From Elusimicrobiota bacterium (GTDB lineage: Bacteria; Elusimicrobiota; Elusimicrobia; FEN-1173), in assembly GCA_003158755.1 (NCBI GenBank), contig PMLF01000345.1, positions 2,041 to 31,757 on the forward strand: a DNA stretch of 29,717 nt, given 5' to 3'. Position 1 is the first letter of the stretch; each line of letters starts with the position of its first letter. Made by a program: the position numbers and the translations under genes. Positions 18,874 to 26,706 of this stretch are shown piece by piece. The notes beneath the pieces are model-generated. The model saw only the letters and a program-made list of their open reading frames with translations, was not told the origin of the DNA and searched no databases.

Positions 18874-21120
18874 TTACGAAGCGGACCCCGCAACCGAATC
18901 CGACAGATAGTTCACGGGAACGGGATGAGGCTTCGCGGCCGCATCAGGGGACAATAGTTCATAAACCAAAACGCGGTTGACGGGACGCCCGCCGTACATT
19001 TCATCCCGGTGAAACAGCTCCTCGACATAACGGCTCCAGTACTGCCGCAGAACGGCCGCCCCCGCCTCATCGAATTTCAACATCCCATACCCTTTCAATC
19101 GTTCGGACTCCCCGAGGTTCAGGACCATATTGGTAATCCCTTCCCGACGGAGCCGGTCGGCCAGGGCATCCCCGTCCCGCGATTCGCGGGCCCAGGCGAT
19201 CAGAGGCGACTCGTTGAATACGGAGGAGGCAATGTGATCGCGTCGAAGGTAAAACCCCCGGGATTCACCCAGGATAAGGACTCGCGCCCCGGGCGAGAGC
19301 TCTTTGTTGATTTCATCATAGGCCGAGAAAGACGGCGAAGGATAGGTGGTGTGGAATCGGCCGAGGTATTCTTCCTTGGTCTCCAAACCTATGACGGGCC
19401 GCCAGCCTTCCATTTGATCCGTCAACAGAAAGGATTGCGAGACGTCTCCCAAGCACATGACCAGCACCGACAATCGGAAGAAGCTCTTCAAGACCGACGG
19501 CCATGGGACTTTTAATATCCCATAGGCCGCCGCAATCGCGAAAAAGGGAAGGGAAGGCATCAGGTACCTGGCAAGCGTCGTCGTGCACGCCCAAGACAAG
19601 GCAAAAAGAACCGACGCGCCCGCGGCCACCCGCAAGGGGACGGGGTACTTCTTGAAAAACACCAAAAGCGGAAGGAACACCAAATAGACCGGAGTGAACA
19701 CGGCGGCGTTGGCCTTTAATCCCATGGTAACGTCCCACGGCAGGAGAAGGAAACCCGCCAAACCCTTCACGTCGTATTGGGAGGCTTCCGTGAAAAGACC
19801 GTGAAGCCGGACGGGATCGTCAGCCCGCGTTCCTGGAAATAGTCCCGAAAGAAACGGGAACACGGGATTCCCCTTGAAAAGGACGTTTTTGATCAGCCAG
19901 GGAGAAAGGACGACGGTCCCCGCCGCGACCAAGGTCCCTCCAGCCAAGAAAACCTGCCGCCACGTCAGGGTTTTTCGCGCGCCCGCGTACACAAGCATGG
20001 CCATCAAAGACACGGGGACGAATACGGCGGTGTACTTGCTTCCCATCGCAAACCCGCAAAAAACACCGGAAAGGACGATCCACGACCAGGGAAATCCCCT
20101 TTCGGGGCCGACGGCGTCCTTCCACCAAAAGGCGAAGGAATAGAAAGCCAGCATGGAAAATAAAGTGATCCCTAGGTCCGTGCCGCACGCCGATGAAATA
20201 TATAAGACGTGGAAAAGAGAATAAAATATCATCGCGGCCCAACGTCCAACGCGGGGGGTCAACGCTCGCCGGCAAAAAGAAAAAATCGAGGCGCAACAGA
20301 GAAGACCCAGCCCGTAACATTGCAGTTTGGACACCATCTCGTCTTTAACGAGGAGCCCCGCCGTGTAGAAATAGGTGACCGTCATGGGCATGTGGGCATA
20401 GACGTTCCAAGGGGCTTCCACCAGGCGATGGGCCATGACGTTCAACCAGGGGACGCCCAGGTGGTAGGCGAGACTGTCGAAAAAGACGAGCGGCGTGAAG
20501 GCCCCCAACAAACCGTGGAGCGCCTGCAAAAGAAAAAGGGCGAAAGCGAACTTATCGAGGAGCGGCCATCGGAGGAATGGATTCGAAGGCTTCGAATACG
20601 GCGGAGCCGACCGCCAATCCATCACGATCCTTCCGGCTTGCCAAAGGCCCAGACCGATGATCAGGGGACGAACGACCCACGCGTAAAGACCGCCGACGGC
20701 GGCGAGCAGAAACATCAGGTAGGACAGGAGGCCGCAACCGAGGGCGGTTTCCAAAACGAATCGTTCTCTCCGGTTTCCGTCGGGAAACGTCGCGGACATC
20801 AAGGCGAACCGCCCCAGAGACCCGGCCGACAGGAAAAGGACTCCCGCCCATAGGAAGGTCGTCAGACGGTCCCACAAGAGAACCGCGGTCAATGAAGGCA
20901 ACGCGCCCAGGACACCGCCCAGAACCCGTGAAATGGCCTCCACGGGAAATGGGAAAACTCCATAATAGTTGAAGAGAACGAAACCGCTCCAGAGTATCGC
21001 GGCCGTCGCCGCCAGAGGCCAAGGCAATCGATAGGTGGGGAGGTCTTCCGGCTGTTTTTCGCTTGGCTGATTCGTCCCGCCGGCGCGGGAACGCGGACCG
21101 CGCTTATTACGGGACGCCAT
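18874..21120 (-). CDS. Polytopic membrane protein, GT-C (ArnT/PMT, GT39/GT83-like) glycosyltransferase, about 748 aa
   Basis: Many TM helices; loop motif FDSLAYHLGVP; GFAMGSKYTA; WLIKN..KGNPVFPF; soluble C-terminal domain. ATG at 21120 overlaps the upstream TAA (TAATG). Confidence 0.65.
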   Translation of the reverse strand: MASRNKRGPRSRAGGTNQPSEKQPEDLPTYRLPWPLAATAAILWSGFVLFNYYGVFPFPVEAISRVLGGVLGALPSLTAVLLWDRLTTFLWAGVLFLSAGSLGRFALMSATFPDGNRRERFVLETALGCGLLSYLMFLLAAVGGLYAWVVRPLIIGLGLWQAGRIVMDWRSAPPYSKPSNPFLRWPLLDKFAFALFLLQALHGLLGAFTPLVFFDSLAYHLGVPWLNVMAHRLVEAPWNVYAHMPMTVTYFYTAGLLVKDEMVSKLQCYGLGLLCCASIFSFCRRALTPRVGRWAAMIFYSLFHVLYISSACGTDLGITLFSMLAFYSFAFWWKDAVGPERGFPWSWIVLSGVFCGFAMGSKYTAVFVPVSLMAMLVYAGARKTLTWRQVFLAGGTLVAAGTVVLSPWLIKNVLFKGNPVFPFLSGLFPGTRADDPVRLHGLFTEASQYDVKGLAGFLLLPWDVTMGLKANAAVFTPVYLVFLPLLVFFKKYPVPLRVAAGASVLFALSWACTTTLARYLMPSLPFFAIAAAYGILKVPWPSVLKSFFRLSVLVMCLGDVSQSFLLTDQMEGWRPVIGLETKEEYLGRFHTTYPSPSFSAYDEINKELSPGARVLILGESRGFYLRRDHIASSVFNESPLIAWARESRDGDALADRLRREGITNMVLNLGESERLKGYGMLKFDEAGAAVLRQYWSRYVEELFHRDEMYGGRPVNRVLVYELLSPDAAAKPHPVPVNYLSDSVAGSAS

Positions 21121-22379
21121 TAGGCGGGATCGAAAACAGCTCCGGCGAAAGACACGATGCCGCCGGCAGGGTCGGGTTTCTGATCGTAACCGAGGAGCAT
21201 GCCGCTCAACGGGCCACCGGCGACAGCGCGGGTCCAGCGAAGGGCGGTGTAGAGGGCCGAGAGGCCGCAGACTTTCCGCCACGCGTTCTCGCCGACGCCC
21301 GCCAGGAAAAAACCATCCGCATCTCCCGCCAAGGCCTTGTCCAGGCTCTCCCGGTCGAGCGTCTCCACCTTCTTTTTCAACGCGTCGTCTACGTCCATCT
21401 CATCTCCGAAACGACGTCCCACGTGGGCCAGATCGACGCCGGCCAAGATCATGACGCGGCGTCCTTTTCGGCGCTCCTCCGCCAAAAGGTCCCCGATATC
21501 CGAAAGAGCTTTCTCGACGGTGGGCACGACGGAGGGCGGACGGTCCTCGCAGTAAGGCTCGAAGGAAGAACAAAGGATCGGCACCCAGGGGGGGGTCTTG
21601 TCCCGCCACAAATATTTGAGCCACAGGGCCTGGAACTCCAAGGAATGTTCCTTGGCGTGGACCCACTCCTCCTCGCGCGTATCGTACCAAAGGCGGGCGG
21701 CAATCCGATCGTGGAGATCCGCGTCCACCATCATGGGCCCGAAGGGGGTTTCGTAGGCTTTGCGGGTGGTCACCCAAGGCGAGCGGGGAGAATGGTGGGC
21801 GACGCCCAAGGCCACCACCACGTCCGGCGGGCGGCGCCGGGCCAGTTCGCCGTAGGCCGCCGCATAGATTTGGCCGCCCCGGGCGAAATCGATGTGAGGA
21901 GCCGCCAAGCCCAGAGGCGCTTCGCGGTCGCCGGGAAGAGGGGGACCTCCCGCTGCGCCGAAGAACCGTCCAAGGAGAGCGCCCATGCCCAAAGCGTCCG
22001 GCGGAAGTCCGCGGGATTCGGCGTGAAAAGGGCGGAGAGGCGATTCGCCGAAAACCTTCAATTGACGGCGTCTCTCCTCCCGGGAGGAGGGAGTATCCAA
22101 CAATCCGTGAAGGTCCAGGTCGTCGGCCAACGATTGGACGTCGGACTCCTTGGCGTCCATCCCTTCGGTCGAGAGGACCAAAGCCACTTCGGCTGCCGTT
22201 CGTTTTCCGTCGAAAATGGAGGCGACGAGGGCGGCGGCCATGGGGACCGCCGCCGCAGCCTTCTCGTCGAGACCCAGGGCGTCCGACATAACCACCAATT
22301 TTTCTCCGTCCCGCTCCACGGGCTGAAGCTCGAGGTCCCGACGAAGGGGGGGAATCGGGGTGCCGGTAAGGAGAGCCAT
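21120..22379 (-). CDS. MEMO1 family (AmmeMemoRadiSam protein B-like) with an extra N-terminal domain
   Basis: APHID, LGVAHH, YETPFG, EHSLEFQ, GVDLAHVG and KVCG match MEMO1 metal-site motifs; about 100 extra N-terminal residues; start placed at ATG 22379. Confidence 0.85.
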   Translation of the reverse strand: MALLTGTPIPPLRRDLELQPVERDGEKLVVMSDALGLDEKAAAAVPMAAALVASIFDGKRTAAEVALVLSTEGMDAKESDVQSLADDLDLHGLLDTPSSREERRRQLKVFGESPLRPFHAESRGLPPDALGMGALLGRFFGAAGGPPLPGDREAPLGLAAPHIDFARGGQIYAAAYGELARRRPPDVVVALGVAHHSPRSPWVTTRKAYETPFGPMMVDADLHDRIAARLWYDTREEEWVHAKEHSLEFQALWLKYLWRDKTPPWVPILCSSFEPYCEDRPPSVVPTVEKALSDIGDLLAEERRKGRRVMILAGVDLAHVGRRFGDEMDVDDALKKKVETLDRESLDKALAGDADGFFLAGVGENAWRKVCGLSALYTALRWTRAVAGGPLSGMLLGYDQKPDPAGGIVSFAGAVFDPA

Positions 22380-22386
22380 AAGACGG

Positions 22387-22439
22387 ATTATGCCTGGCGA
22401 CTCGAGGGGTTGCAAGTCCCCTCGGATATGGAATAGGAT
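22387..22439. promoter_or_regulatory. Putative bidirectional promoter sharing a palindromic -35 (TTGCAA 22410-22415)
   Basis: Minus strand: TTGCAA, 17 nt, CATAAT (22392-22387), 7 nt, ATG 22379. Plus strand: TTGCAA, 18 nt, TAGGAT (22434-22439), 8 nt, ATG 22448. Confidence 0.55.
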
Positions 22440-22447
22440 CATCTCCG

Positions 22448-22687
22448 ATGAACCACGAATCCGAACCCGACGTCTATGCCGCCCAAAGGGAAGAACTGAT
22501 GGTCCTCCTGCGCCGGATGAAACAATCCGGCGAACCGCTGGTGGTGCACGGCGAAAACCGATTGAGTTCCGACGACGCGGCCGTGATTTTGCGGAAGCTC
22601 AAGCGGGACTTTGCCTTTTCCCGTCGGGAACGCCTAGCCCTGATCGATGCCGGCTTCGATTTAGAACATCTTTTTCCCGCTGGTTAA
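22448..22687 (+). CDS. Small hypothetical helical protein (79 aa)
   Basis: Fills the gap between divergent genes, has natural composition and a correctly placed promoter. No family recognised. Confidence 0.55.
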   Translation: MNHESEPDVYAAQREELMVLLRRMKQSGEPLVVHGENRLSSDDAAVILRKLKRDFAFSRRERLALIDAGFDLEHLFPAG

Positions 22688-22691
22688 CGTC

Positions 22692-22720
22692 GCAGGGGCG
22701 GGTCCTAGACCCGCCCCTAC
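22692..22720 (-). repeat. GTAG-tagged REP-like palindrome, copy 2
   Basis: GC-AGGGGCGGGTC-CTA-GACCCGCCCCT-AC (11-bp stem); matches 3221-3246. Confidence 0.8.
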
Positions 22721-22727
22721 AAATACG

Positions 22728-23927
22728 ATGAGTTATTTGATTTTGTTGGAGACAAATAAAGTGCCTCCCCGTAAATCCGAAATAGAGTCCTCTTTGGCGT
22801 CTTACCATGGCCGCCGCCACTGCGTCCTGGCCAACCGCGGGACCACCGCCTTAACGGCGGCCCTCCACTCTTTGGACCGTCCGGGCGAGGGCGTCGTATT
22901 CCCCGCCACACTTTGTTCCATCCCCGTATTCTCCGCCGCCTTCGCCGGGATGAAACCTCTTTTCGCCGATGTGGATTTAGAAACCGGGAACTTCGATCTC
23001 GTAAGCCTCGAGAACGTCCTTTCCCTCCATCGTCCCGCGGCGGTCGTTCCCGTGCACATGTTCGGCCTGCCCGAGGACATGGACGCCGTCGGATCCCTGG
23101 CGGACCGTTTCGGAGCGTCGGTCATCGAAGACGGCGCCCTTTCCATGGGAGCTTCCCGCAACGGCCGCCGCGTCGGCGGCGGGGGGCGGATGTCGTGCCT
23201 GAGCTTCGTGCGGAAGATGATTCCCCTGGAGATGGGCGGCGCGGTACTCACCGACGACCCCGCCTTGGCGGAAAAAGCCCGCGCTTTCGTTGACGGCCTA
23301 ACGCCCATGCCGCCGGGCCGCGACGCGGAAACGGCGGCGGCCATGAAAGCCTTCCATTCTTTGACGGGCTATGCCGCCTCCGGCGGATGGAAACGAAGGG
23401 AACTGCTGGCCCCTTTCCAGGGAGAGTTTCTCCGGCTGCTTCTCACCTCCACGACGGAGGAGGATTGGGCCGATTCCATCGTTCTGAGGGAACTCGCAAA
23501 CCTGGACGACGCGGTGAAAGCCCGCCGCGCGCGCGCGGAGGTATACGAGGGATCCCTCGTCCATCCGAGGATCGTCCCCATGAAACACGACGGGAGCTGT
23601 TTCTTCGCTTATCCCGTGCGGCTGTTGGGCATCTCCGCCGAGGGGTTCCTCTCCTTTGCGTCGACCCGAGGGTTCTCTTTCAAACGGATCGCCTACCCGG
23701 ACGTGTCCCCGATCTTTCTCGAAAATCCCGGCTCCTTTCCACACGCCGCCCTGCTCGAAAAAGAGCTTATTGGTTTTCCCGTCGACGACGACCAACCCGT
23801 CTCCTCCTTTTGGGAGTACGCCGCCGACTTCGTGAAGCTCTTGGAAGAATATCTGGCCGCGGCGCCCATGCTACATCCGTACGATTGGCGAGGAAAATTG
23901 GAAGGCCGAATAGGGTCGCAGCCTTGA
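22728..23927 (+). CDS. Divergent DegT/DnrJ/EryC1/StrS-family PLP-dependent aminotransferase-like protein
   Basis: NRGTTAL, ADVDLETGNFD, VVPVHMFG, VIEDGA and SFVRK..GGAVLTDD motifs. Confidence 0.8.
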   Translation: MSYLILLETNKVPPRKSEIESSLASYHGRRHCVLANRGTTALTAALHSLDRPGEGVVFPATLCSIPVFSAAFAGMKPLFADVDLETGNFDLVSLENVLSLHRPAAVVPVHMFGLPEDMDAVGSLADRFGASVIEDGALSMGASRNGRRVGGGGRMSCLSFVRKMIPLEMGGAVLTDDPALAEKARAFVDGLTPMPPGRDAETAAAMKAFHSLTGYAASGGWKRRELLAPFQGEFLRLLLTSTTEEDWADSIVLRELANLDDAVKARRARAEVYEGSLVHPRIVPMKHDGSCFFAYPVRLLGISAEGFLSFASTRGFSFKRIAYPDVSPIFLENPGSFPHAALLEKELIGFPVDDDQPVSSFWEYAADFVKLLEEYLAAAPMLHPYDWRGKLEGRIGSQP

Positions 23928-23969
23928 TTTTCCTTTTTCCTTTTGCCTTTTCACTTTTTACTTTTCATT
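23928..23969. repeat. Six-unit degenerate heptamer tandem repeat
   Basis: TTTTCCT TTTTCCT TTTGCCT TTTCACT TTTTACT TTTCATT, directly after the stop codon. Confidence 0.8.
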
Positions 23970-23978
23970 CATCCCCCC

Positions 23979-24006
23979 TTGTCATTCACGAAACTTCCTT
24001 TATACT
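23979..24006 (+). promoter_or_regulatory. Sigma70-type promoter
   Basis: TTGTCA (23979-23984), 16 nt, TATACT (24001-24006), 9 nt, ATG 24016. Confidence 0.6.
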
Positions 24007-24015
24007 TACACGCAA

Positions 24016-24768
24016 ATGAAGCTGTTCACTTCACCAAAAATGATCTTCTCCTTCGCCCTTCTCCTCATTTTGATAGGGGCGTGGGTTTATTTATCCAACG
24101 GTCCAAAACGCCAAGCTCCCGCTCCCGTCGGAACCGGCCAAGGGCGCGGCGGCGGCGAAAACGGGGGAGGACCGGCCGGCGGTACCGCGAGCGCGGGACC
24201 ACAAGAGGGCGGTGCGGGAAAATCGGGAAGCGCCGCGTCGACCGAAGGGAAATCCGGAGGAACTCCGTCCGCCGCGAATAAAAATAAGGGGGAGGAAAAA
24301 CCCGCCGCCGGTCAGCCACCGGCGGGACCAGCCCAAAGGGCTCCCGAGGGACCCAAGGGATTCCTCGCCCGATTGATGGATCGCATCCAGGCTTTTTTCG
24401 GAGGGGCCGCGAAAAAATCAGGGTTCTTCCAACGATTGCGTTCCTTGCTCGGCATCGGAGGTCCCTCCGCCGCGTCCGGCGGGGCGAGCGGACCTGGCGG
24501 AGGGGGCCAACCCGGCGAGGAAGGAAAGAAACCCGACCAACCCGGAAAACAGAAACCGGGGGCCCCCCCATCTCCTCAGAACGACGTGGCCCGACAGATC
24601 AAGGAAAATTTGGAACAAACGTTGGAACAACAAAAGATGATGCGCGACATGCAGGAGATCCAACGGCAGAACCTCGAGAACATGAAGATGATGCTTCAAA
24701 CGCAACAACAGTTGAGACAAACGACGGACAACGCGCGGATGACGAGGGAAACGGCGAAAAAACGGTAA
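24016..24768 (+). CDS. Hypothetical membrane-anchored low-complexity protein (Gly/Ala/Pro/Lys-rich, Gln/Met-rich C-terminal coil)
   Basis: N-terminal hydrophobic helix; disordered linker; two amphipathic helices; QQKMMRDMQEIQRQNLENMKMMLQTQQQ tail. Confidence 0.7.
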   Translation: MKLFTSPKMIFSFALLLILIGAWVYLSNGPKRQAPAPVGTGQGRGGGENGGGPAGGTASAGPQEGGAGKSGSAASTEGKSGGTPSAANKNKGEEKPAAGQPPAGPAQRAPEGPKGFLARLMDRIQAFFGGAAKKSGFFQRLRSLLGIGGPSAASGGASGPGGGGQPGEEGKKPDQPGKQKPGAPPSPQNDVARQIKENLEQTLEQQKMMRDMQEIQRQNLENMKMMLQTQQQLRQTTDNARMTRETAKKR

Positions 24769-24858
24769 GACGTTCCGTTCGCCCATCAATATTCCTTCAA
24801 TAGAAACGGCACCCCTCGCTTTGCCCCGAATATATTTTACCGAACAAGGAGTTTCGTC

Positions 24859-26706
24859 ATGCCGCATCCCCGCCTCTCCATCGTCAAGGACGACGGATTT
24901 TTTTCCGAAGACGGACAGAGCTTCATCATCTCGCGACCCGACACCCCGCGTCCCCTGGTGAACGTCATTTCCATGGGGAACTACGGAGTGTCCGTGGCCC
25001 AGACGGGCGCCGGTTCCTCGTGGGCACGACGCCCCTCCGAACCCGTCACCCAAGGATACTCCCGATCCACCCGCGACGCGGGAGGCCGAGCGTTGTACCT
25101 TCGCGACGAACGATCCGCCCGGTCGTGGTCGGTAGGCTGGCAACCCCTGCGGGTCCGGCCGGAATCCTACGAATGCATCCACGGCGTCGGCTATACGTTG
25201 ATCAATTCAAAAACGAACGGCATTCACGCCCAATGGCTGATGTTCGTCCCTTTCGAAGAACCAATGGAAGTGTGGCGCGTGCGGATTAAAAACCAGTCTA
25301 AGAAACCTCGAACCCTGAGCCTCTGGACGGGCATCGACTGGGCCGCCGAACCGGCGTCCGCCGCGGACGAGGCCCTCTTCGTCCGAGACGGAGGGAATAT
25401 CCTCCTGGCCAAGGCCTCCCCCACCGTATCCGGCGGAAGGGGAGAAGGCGTTTTTTTCCACGCCTGCCACCTTCCCACGCGAGCCCACGCCCTGGACCGC
25501 CGGGCCTTGTGGGGAGCCTACGGGTCCTCCGAGCAGCCCGAAGCCCTCATGAAGGGCCGTTACTTGGCCGGCCACGGCGATCCGGAGGCATTCGCCAGCC
25601 TCTGCGTGCCCATCACTTTGAAACCCGGCGAGGAACGGAGCGTCCTTTTCACCATCGGACGCGCCGAGACCCGCAACGAAGGGATCCTCAAAGCTAAGAA
25701 GTTCCAGGATTTCGCGCAGGTGGACCACGCATGGAACCGCAGCCAACTGGTCTGGGACAAGTATCTTTCCTCTTTCACCGTCGATTCCCCCGACAAAGGG
25801 TTCAACCTCCTCACGAACACGTGGTTAAAATACTTGGCGTTGTCGCAAGGCGTGTGGGGAGGGCGGGGTCCGAGGGATACCCGGATTTTCCTTCCCCTGG
25901 AGCCATCCCGAGTTCGGCGTGAAATTTTGAACCGCGCCGGACGGGCCACCCCCGACCACACCCATTTCAATGACGTGCCTTGGCCCGTGCTGTTGCTGGC
26001 TTACCTGCGCGAGACGGGCGACGGTCTTTTACTGGCGGAAAAAATCGCTTCGAAGACAACCGTCTACGAAGCCGCCTTGAAATCGGCCCGCGAGATCGCG
26101 GCTGTCCCGGACGAGGAGGAGGTTGGGAGCTCCCGGTTTTTTTCCGACTGGACGGAAATGACGGCGTGGGCCGTGGAAGAGGATTTCCTCCCGGCCCGGG
26201 AAAAGGAAACCGCCCGAAAACTCCGGGCCGAGGCCGAGAAGCGGCCGGCGGCGTCCGGGAAAAACAATGGATCCGCCGACTCCGTTCGGGCGTTGGAAAA
26301 CGCTTGCCGCCGTGGCCTCGCCCAAGAGGCGTGTGACATCTACCGCCGCCTGGCTCCCCCGCCCGTCCGAGGCGTTCCGCCGTTCCTCTTCGCCCCGGAG
26401 ACGTCGGATTCCGGAGCGTTTTCCCCGGCCGCGCTCTTCCGCGCCTGCACCGAGGGAATCCTCGGTCTCCAGCCGGAATGGGGCGGCCTCCGCGTGCGCC
26501 CTTGCCTACCTCCGGGTTGGCGATCGGCGGAGGTCCGGCGGGAATTCCGCGGGACTCTCTTTTCCTTTCGTTTCCGCCGGAAGGCCTCCAAACCGGCGGG
26601 GTTCCAGGAAATCCTCTTGAACGGGAAAATTATTAAGGGAGACGTTTTACCGGAAATACTCGACCGCAAAGCCGACGTGGTCGTCACCGTGGGTCGAGCC
26701 CGATGA
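24859..26706 (+). CDS. GH94 (cellobiose/chitobiose phosphorylase)-like protein with a shortened, degenerate catalytic domain
   Basis: AAGGAG SD; GH94-type N-terminus (PDTPRPLVNVISMGNYG, GRALYLRDE, YECIHGVGYT); linker VDSPDKGFNLLTNTWLKY; C-terminal EGILGL..RPCLPPGW. Only 615 aa. Confidence 0.75.
   Translation: MPHPRLSIVKDDGFFSEDGQSFIISRPDTPRPLVNVISMGNYGVSVAQTGAGSSWARRPSEPVTQGYSRSTRDAGGRALYLRDERSARSWSVGWQPLRVRPESYECIHGVGYTLINSKTNGIHAQWLMFVPFEEPMEVWRVRIKNQSKKPRTLSLWTGIDWAAEPASAADEALFVRDGGNILLAKASPTVSGGRGEGVFFHACHLPTRAHALDRRALWGAYGSSEQPEALMKGRYLAGHGDPEAFASLCVPITLKPGEERSVLFTIGRAETRNEGILKAKKFQDFAQVDHAWNRSQLVWDKYLSSFTVDSPDKGFNLLTNTWLKYLALSQGVWGGRGPRDTRIFLPLEPSRVRREILNRAGRATPDHTHFNDVPWPVLLLAYLRETGDGLLLAEKIASKTTVYEAALKSAREIAAVPDEEEVGSSRFFSDWTEMTAWAVEEDFLPAREKETARKLRAEAEKRPAASGKNNGSADSVRALENACRRGLAQEACDIYRRLAPPPVRGVPPFLFAPETSDSGAFSPAALFRACTEGILGLQPEWGGLRVRPCLPPGWRSAEVRREFRGTLFSFRFRRKASKPAGFQEILLNGKIIKGDVLPEILDRKADVVVTVGRAR

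Noticed and set aside
21063-22436. 457-aa plus-strand ORF
   Set aside because: Antisense shadow of the MEMO1-family gene, which carries the conserved motifs.
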